Positions 50,735-54,707 of a stretch of 54,707 nt of DNA are shown piece after piece (within the stretch, counting starts at the first letter, position 1; every line of letters starts with the position of its first letter). The DNA comes from an uncultured Verrucomicrobiota bacterium. Its GTDB lineage: Bacteria > Verrucomicrobiota > Kiritimatiellia > CAIKKV01 > CAITUY01. Where the stretch lies: the NCBI GenBank assembly GCA_964584205.1, contig CAZOZF010000003.1:5476-60182 (forward strand). Direction: 5' to 3'. Position numbers and translations under genes: made by a program. The notes below the pieces were generated by a model, which was not told where the DNA came from, ran no database searches, and was given only the letters and a program-made list of their open reading frames with translations.

Positions 50735-53677
50735 ATGCGACTCATTCCTTTCATTCTGGCGGGCTGGATCATGATGCTCGCGCCAGAGGGGATGGCGGGG
50801 ACGATCCAGCTTCAGCCCGAGGTCCGGGTGGAGGTTACCAACGGTCAACCCTATGTCGTTATCGAAGTCTTTAACGGCGGTGATGAACCGGCACGAATTA
50901 CCGGTCTGGAGGCGGGCCTTTCAGCAGATCGGAAAGTCGGCAGGATACTATCGCGCACAGTATCTCCCGGAGGTATGATTCAGGAGCGCATTCCCGTTCC
51001 CGAGCCATCCGGAGTTCCCGGATTTTATCAGGTCGTAACCCGTATTCACTATGCTGATTTTACGGGTGGGACTTTTTCTTCTGTTTCGGTCTCCGGGTTT
51101 TCCTGGCCCGGGCCGGATTACGCCGGCCTTTCGCATTGGGTGGTGCCCTCGGTGAGTCCAATTTCGATGGGACGGGCAGAAACGCTTCGCGTGTCGTTGT
51201 TGTTGATCCAGGACGATCCCGTTTCAGCCACGGTGCGGCTGGTCTTGCCGGATGAATTGGACTGTCCGGCTCCGGAGCAACGGGTGGTGCTGGAGCCCGA
51301 TAGCACAAGGGATGTGACCTTTGAGATTACCAATAGGCGCGCGCGTCCCGGGGGAGTCTATCCCGTTTATGCGATTATCGAGCAGGATCACCAGGGTTCC
51401 CATCGGAGCGAGTCTGTGGCAGGAGCTGTGACGGTAACCGACATCAAGTGGGTGGGTCAGTCGCCTTGGGTTTGGCTTGCCGGAGCGTTTAGCCTGGTCG
51501 CTCTTCTTTTGGGACTGGCAATGCGGGGTCGCCGTGTAAGTCGTCAGCCGGCCTGGCTTGACGCCATCGTGCTCACCCTGCTCAGCGGGTTCATCCTTTG
51601 GCAAGTTTCGCCCGGCGATCTGATTCGCAATACCACGGCTGTGGGGGGCGATACACCAGCCCATCTGTATCTGGTCAGTCATCTCAAGGAACAGCTCTTC
51701 CATCATGGCAGGCTTATTTCCTGGGCAGACGGTTGGTGGGGCGGGTTCCCGATGTTTCAGTATTATTTTGTGCTTCCCTATCTTGTGGCTGCGCTGGTGA
51801 GCGTGCTGATCCCCCTGTCTGTTGCGTTTAAGCTGGTCAGCGTGGCCGGGTTGGTGATGACGCCACTGTGCGCCTATTGGGCTGGCGCTCTGTGGCGACT
51901 GCCACGGCCGGTGCCGCTGGTGTTGGGGATTGCCATGCTGCCGTTCCTGTTTGTCCAGTCCCATACGATGTGGGGTGTGAATACGGCAAGTACGCTGGCG
52001 GGGATGATTGCCAATAGCTGGAGTTTTGCGTTGATGCTGCCCGCCCTGGCCTCCGCCTGCCGCGATGTGGAAGAGGGCCGGTTCAGGGTGGGCACGGTTG
52101 TTCTGATGGTGCTGGTGCTTTCGTCGCATTTTTTCACCTCGGTCATGATGTTCCTGTCGCTGGCGATTGTGCCGGTGTTGTGCCCGGGGAAAGAGCGCAT
52201 TCGAGGCCTGAAGGTTTTATTTCAAGAAGCGGTGTTGGCTTTCTTAATCATGGCGTGGTGGCTTGCCCCGCTTGTGGCGAAGTCAGCGTTCAGCATGGAC
52301 TTTGGAACCAACTGGGATGTAACGCTCTGGAAATCCCTGCCTGTCTATGCGGCGGGACTAATTGTATTTGCAGTTGTTGGAGCAATTCCCTTTCCTGAAC
52401 CCCGAACCCTGAACCCCATCCCCTCCCTAATCCTCCTCTGGATGCTGGCTTGTGGCGTAATCCTTTTTAAGCTTGGTTTCTGCCTGTCCCCGGTGTTTGT
52501 GAATGTCCGCCTTTGGCCCTTTATTTTCTTTGCGCTGATCGCCCTGGCGGCGCTGGGGTTGGGGCGGCTGCTTCAGTCGGTCCCGGGGTTGTCTTATTGG
52601 CTTGTGGTGCTGACAGGCGGGGTTCTTCTAGGCGTGATGGCCGGGGACTCCATGACGGGCAGGCCAACGGATCCCGGCCTCACCCGGATGTGGGCGAAGT
52701 GGAATTATTCAGGGCTTGAAGACAAGCCTGCGGCGTCCGTATTCCAAAAATTGGTGATGCCGCTCAAAGGGACGCCGGGTCGGCTTGCCAATGATTTATG
52801 CGAGGAGAATAACCAACTCGGCTCAAGCCGGATTTTTGAGTTGGCTCCGGTTCTGGCGGGAAAACCCGTGCTGGAAGGAGGGCTGGTGAATTCCGCCCTG
52901 GGCTCGATGTACGCCTATACCATCCAAGGCGAGTCCTCGGTTTCCTGCGCCGGGTTTCCTGTGATTGTAACCCCGCAACCGTTCAATTTTACAAATGCAA
53001 CACGTCATCTTGAATTATTCAATGTGAAGCATTTCATTGCCCGGAGTGAACAAACCAAGCAGGCTCTCCGGCAACAGGCCGGTTGGCGACTTGTGGAGCG
53101 TGAGCAGGAATGGGAACTGTATGAGTTGATGACACATGAGGGGCGTTTTGTCTTTGTCCCCCCCCGCATGCCGCTAATCGTTGAGACACCCCGATGGAAG
53201 GAAAGCTCCTTGGAATGGCTCATCACGATGCCAGCCCTCGAGCAGTTTGTGATCTGGCGGGCGGAGGGGGCGAAAGCACGGGATGGCGAAAAGAGTTCTC
53301 TCACGGAAAAACAATTCCAGGAGTGTCTGGCGGGATGGCGGCAAGGATCAACGAATGGATTCGGCGCGCTTCTTTCCGCAGCGGGAACAGGATGCATCAG
53401 TTCCGAAGAAGTCTCGGATAATGGCATCCGTTTTACGACTTCAGCGATCGGAAGTCCGCATATTGTGAAAGTATCCTGGTTTCCAAACTGGAAGGTACGC
53501 GGAGCGCGTGGTGTTTACCGGGTATCGCCGGGGTTTATGCTTGTGTATCCTGATCAGGAGACTGTTGAACTCTATTATGGAACGACCGGGAGTGACAGGG
53601 TAGGCTATGCGCTGACCGTATTGGGTTTGCTGGGTGTGGTGCTGGCGGTGATTAAAAAAGGACGAGTCGGAACATGA
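50735..53677 (+). CDS. Large polytopic membrane protein: N-terminal beta-sandwich (CARDB/NEW3-like) repeats plus a GT-C-like multi-TM core and a C-terminal soluble domain
   Basis: Track ORF 50720 starts at GTG. I prefer ATG 50735 (MRLIPFILAGWIMMLAPEGMAG, a signal peptide). About 12 or more hydrophobic segments follow residue 240. The motif GGDTPAHLYLVSHLKEQLFHHGRLISWADGWWGGFPMFQYYFVLPYL resembles the first-loop Asp/His region of COG5617/YfhO-type GT-C-fold proteins. This family assignment is tentative and from memory. Confidence 0.6.
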   Translation: MRLIPFILAGWIMMLAPEGMAGTIQLQPEVRVEVTNGQPYVVIEVFNGGDEPARITGLEAGLSADRKVGRILSRTVSPGGMIQERIPVPEPSGVPGFYQVVTRIHYADFTGGTFSSVSVSGFSWPGPDYAGLSHWVVPSVSPISMGRAETLRVSLLLIQDDPVSATVRLVLPDELDCPAPEQRVVLEPDSTRDVTFEITNRRARPGGVYPVYAIIEQDHQGSHRSESVAGAVTVTDIKWVGQSPWVWLAGAFSLVALLLGLAMRGRRVSRQPAWLDAIVLTLLSGFILWQVSPGDLIRNTTAVGGDTPAHLYLVSHLKEQLFHHGRLISWADGWWGGFPMFQYYFVLPYLVAALVSVLIPLSVAFKLVSVAGLVMTPLCAYWAGALWRLPRPVPLVLGIAMLPFLFVQSHTMWGVNTASTLAGMIANSWSFALMLPALASACRDVEEGRFRVGTVVLMVLVLSSHFFTSVMMFLSLAIVPVLCPGKERIRGLKVLFQEAVLAFLIMAWWLAPLVAKSAFSMDFGTNWDVTLWKSLPVYAAGLIVFAVVGAIPFPEPRTLNPIPSLILLWMLACGVILFKLGFCLSPVFVNVRLWPFIFFALIALAALGLGRLLQSVPGLSYWLVVLTGGVLLGVMAGDSMTGRPTDPGLTRMWAKWNYSGLEDKPAASVFQKLVMPLKGTPGRLANDLCEENNQLGSSRIFELAPVLAGKPVLEGGLVNSALGSMYAYTIQGESSVSCAGFPVIVTPQPFNFTNATRHLELFNVKHFIARSEQTKQALRQQAGWRLVEREQEWELYELMTHEGRFVFVPPRMPLIVETPRWKESSLEWLITMPALEQFVIWRAEGAKARDGEKSSLTEKQFQECLAGWRQGSTNGFGALLSAAGTGCISSEEVSDNGIRFTTSAIGSPHIVKVSWFPNWKVRGARGVYRVSPGFMLVYPDQETVELYYGTTGSDRVGYALTVLGLLGVVLAVIKKGRVGT
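52394..52417 (+). repeat. In-frame heptamer array (CCTGAAC CCCGAAC CCTGAAC CCC) inside the membrane-protein CDS
   Basis: The unit and sense orientation match the mRNA-strand reading of the intergenic array at 2984-3007. The segment is 3 x 7 = 21 nt plus 3 nt and encodes PEPRTLNP in a predicted loop between hydrophobic segments (IVFAVVGAIPF / SLILLWMLACGVILF). Confidence 0.7.
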
Positions 53678-54707
53678 GGGTGCGACTGCTCAAAATTCTG
53701 GATGCAACAGCGGGTTTTTTCCTGTGCTGGGCAACCGGCTATTGTCTCCACCTGTTCCGACGACAGGAGGTCCCGGCGGCGGCCCGTTTTGAAGAAGTCC
53801 GGCGGATTCTGGTGATCCGACCCGGGGGGATGGGCGATATGATTTTGCTGCAACCCATGCTGAAAAGTCTCAGGCAGCATTACCCGACGGCGGAGATTGA
53901 CCTGATATGCGAAAAGCGGAATCAGGCGATTCCCGCCCTGGCGGGAATTTCCGTGCGGGTGCTGCTCTATGATGCGTTCCCTTTCCGTCTCCTTTTTCAG
54001 CTCAGGCGTGTGCGTTATGACATCGCGATTGATGCTGAACAGTTTCATTATTTCTCAGCCGTCATGGCCTTGATGAGCCGCGCGCCGGTGCGGATCGGTT
54101 TTAAGATCAATCCCGGCCGGAACACCCTTTATACCCATCTGGTGAATTATGATTTGGAGGGGTATGAGGCCGGAGAGTTCATGCGATTGCTGGTGCCCCT
54201 CGGGATTCATGACAAGGCGGTGGTTCTGGGGTGTCTGACCACGCCTGGCGGAGGCCGGGAGAGAAACAAGGCGATCATCATCTATGTGGGCGCCTCCACC
54301 CGATACAAGCATTGGGCGACGAGCAACTTTGTGGGATTAGTGAAGAGATTGGGCGGGGCAGGCGGGACGATATACCTGGTGGGCGGAACCGGTGAAGCCC
54401 TGTTGGCGGAGGACATTGCCCGGCAAGCCGGATTGGGTGGCCGGGTACAGATCATGGCGGGAAGCCTGACGATCCCGCAAACGGCTGACCTGATCGGGAG
54501 CGCGTCCCTTTTCATTGGCGGCGATTCCGGCTTGGCGCATCTGGCGGTGGCCCTGGGAACTCCGACCGTGGTCCTGTTCGGGCCGAGCGATCACAAGAAA
54601 TGGGGCGCATCAGGACAGGGGAACGTCGTGGTCAGGACAGAGCTTCCCTGTTCCCCCTGTTTCATTTTCGGTTACCACAAGTTCTGCCATTCCATCGCCT
54701 GCATGTC
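53674..54707 (+). CDS. Glycosyltransferase family 9 (heptosyltransferase-like); C-terminus runs off the right window edge
   Basis: Absent from the ORF track because it is open-ended. My own translation from ATG 53674, which overlaps the previous stop as ATGA, gives MRVRLLKILDATAGFF...ILVIRPGGMGDMILLQPMLKSLRQHYP...LFIGGDSGLAHLAVALGTPTVVLFGPSD, a typical GT9 signature. Confidence 0.85.
   Translation, partial: MRVRLLKILDATAGFFLCWATGYCLHLFRRQEVPAAARFEEVRRILVIRPGGMGDMILLQPMLKSLRQHYPTAEIDLICEKRNQAIPALAGISVRVLLYDAFPFRLLFQLRRVRYDIAIDAEQFHYFSAVMALMSRAPVRIGFKINPGRNTLYTHLVNYDLEGYEAGEFMRLLVPLGIHDKAVVLGCLTTPGGGRERNKAIIIYVGASTRYKHWATSNFVGLVKRLGGAGGTIYLVGGTGEALLAEDIARQAGLGGRVQIMAGSLTIPQTADLIGSASLFIGGDSGLAHLAVALGTPTVVLFGPSDHKKWGASGQGNVVVRTELPCSPCFIFGYHKFCHSIACM

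Noticed and set aside
1-54707. Scan for tRNA, rRNA, tmRNA, SRP RNA, RNase P RNA, integrases, transposases, toxin-antitoxin pairs and known defence-system hallmarks
   Set aside because: Intergenic regions are short, the longest being 316, 228, 205 and 173 bp. They are accounted for by repeat elements or promoter regions, and none shows a cloverleaf-type or other recognisable RNA gene pattern. No ORF shows recombinase, nuclease-defence or TA-like motifs.

Overview
This is a high-GC (roughly 60% by eye) bacterial chromosomal window. Gene content and repeat style tentatively suggest a PVC-group organism (Verrucomicrobiota/Kiritimatiellota-like). I support about 46 protein-coding genes and saw no rRNA, tRNA, CRISPR array, transposase or integrase.

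Layout:
- (i) 1-9431, all minus strand: a sigma-54-type -24/-12 promoter, then a membrane-anchored Hsp20, a GldA/GldF/GldG-like ABC system plus DUF4340, and MoxR, DUF58, a BatD/DUF4381-like lipoprotein and a VWA (BatA-like) protein. Three consecutive gene junctions in this string carry different short-period repeat or hairpin elements.
- (ii) 9605-20473, plus strand: an exosortase/exopolysaccharide export locus with a beta-barrel OMP, an exosortase fused to about 1050 aa of TPR repeats, a Wza-like exporter, a Wzc-like BY-kinase and a priming sugar transferase.
- (iii) carA and guaA.
- (iv) 23271-25310: a small, apparently lower-GC islet with a CxxC-less thioredoxin-fold protein, a helicase-associated (HA) repeat protein and a tiny membrane protein.
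- (v) An orphan pilB/pilC pair followed by gcvT-H-PA-PB.
- (vi) rluD and lgt on the minus strand.
- (vii) A Ser/Thr kinase, a PHP-domain protein, an AICARFT-only PurH, ilvE, mcsA-mcsB-clpC, ffh, rpsP-KH-trmD-rplS-rnhB, purB and purM.
- (viii) A 980-aa GT-C-like membrane protein plus a GT9 glycosyltransferase that runs off the right edge.

Most worth a second look:
- The sigma-54-headed sHSP/ABC/MoxR-VWA string.
- The exosortase-TPR fusion.
- The family of 7-8 nt-period tandem/inverted repeat elements, one copy of which sits in frame inside a CDS.
- The PHP-domain gene directly upstream of a PurH that lacks its IMP cyclohydrolase domain.

All functional calls come from motif recognition in the translated ORFs. 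No database search was run.
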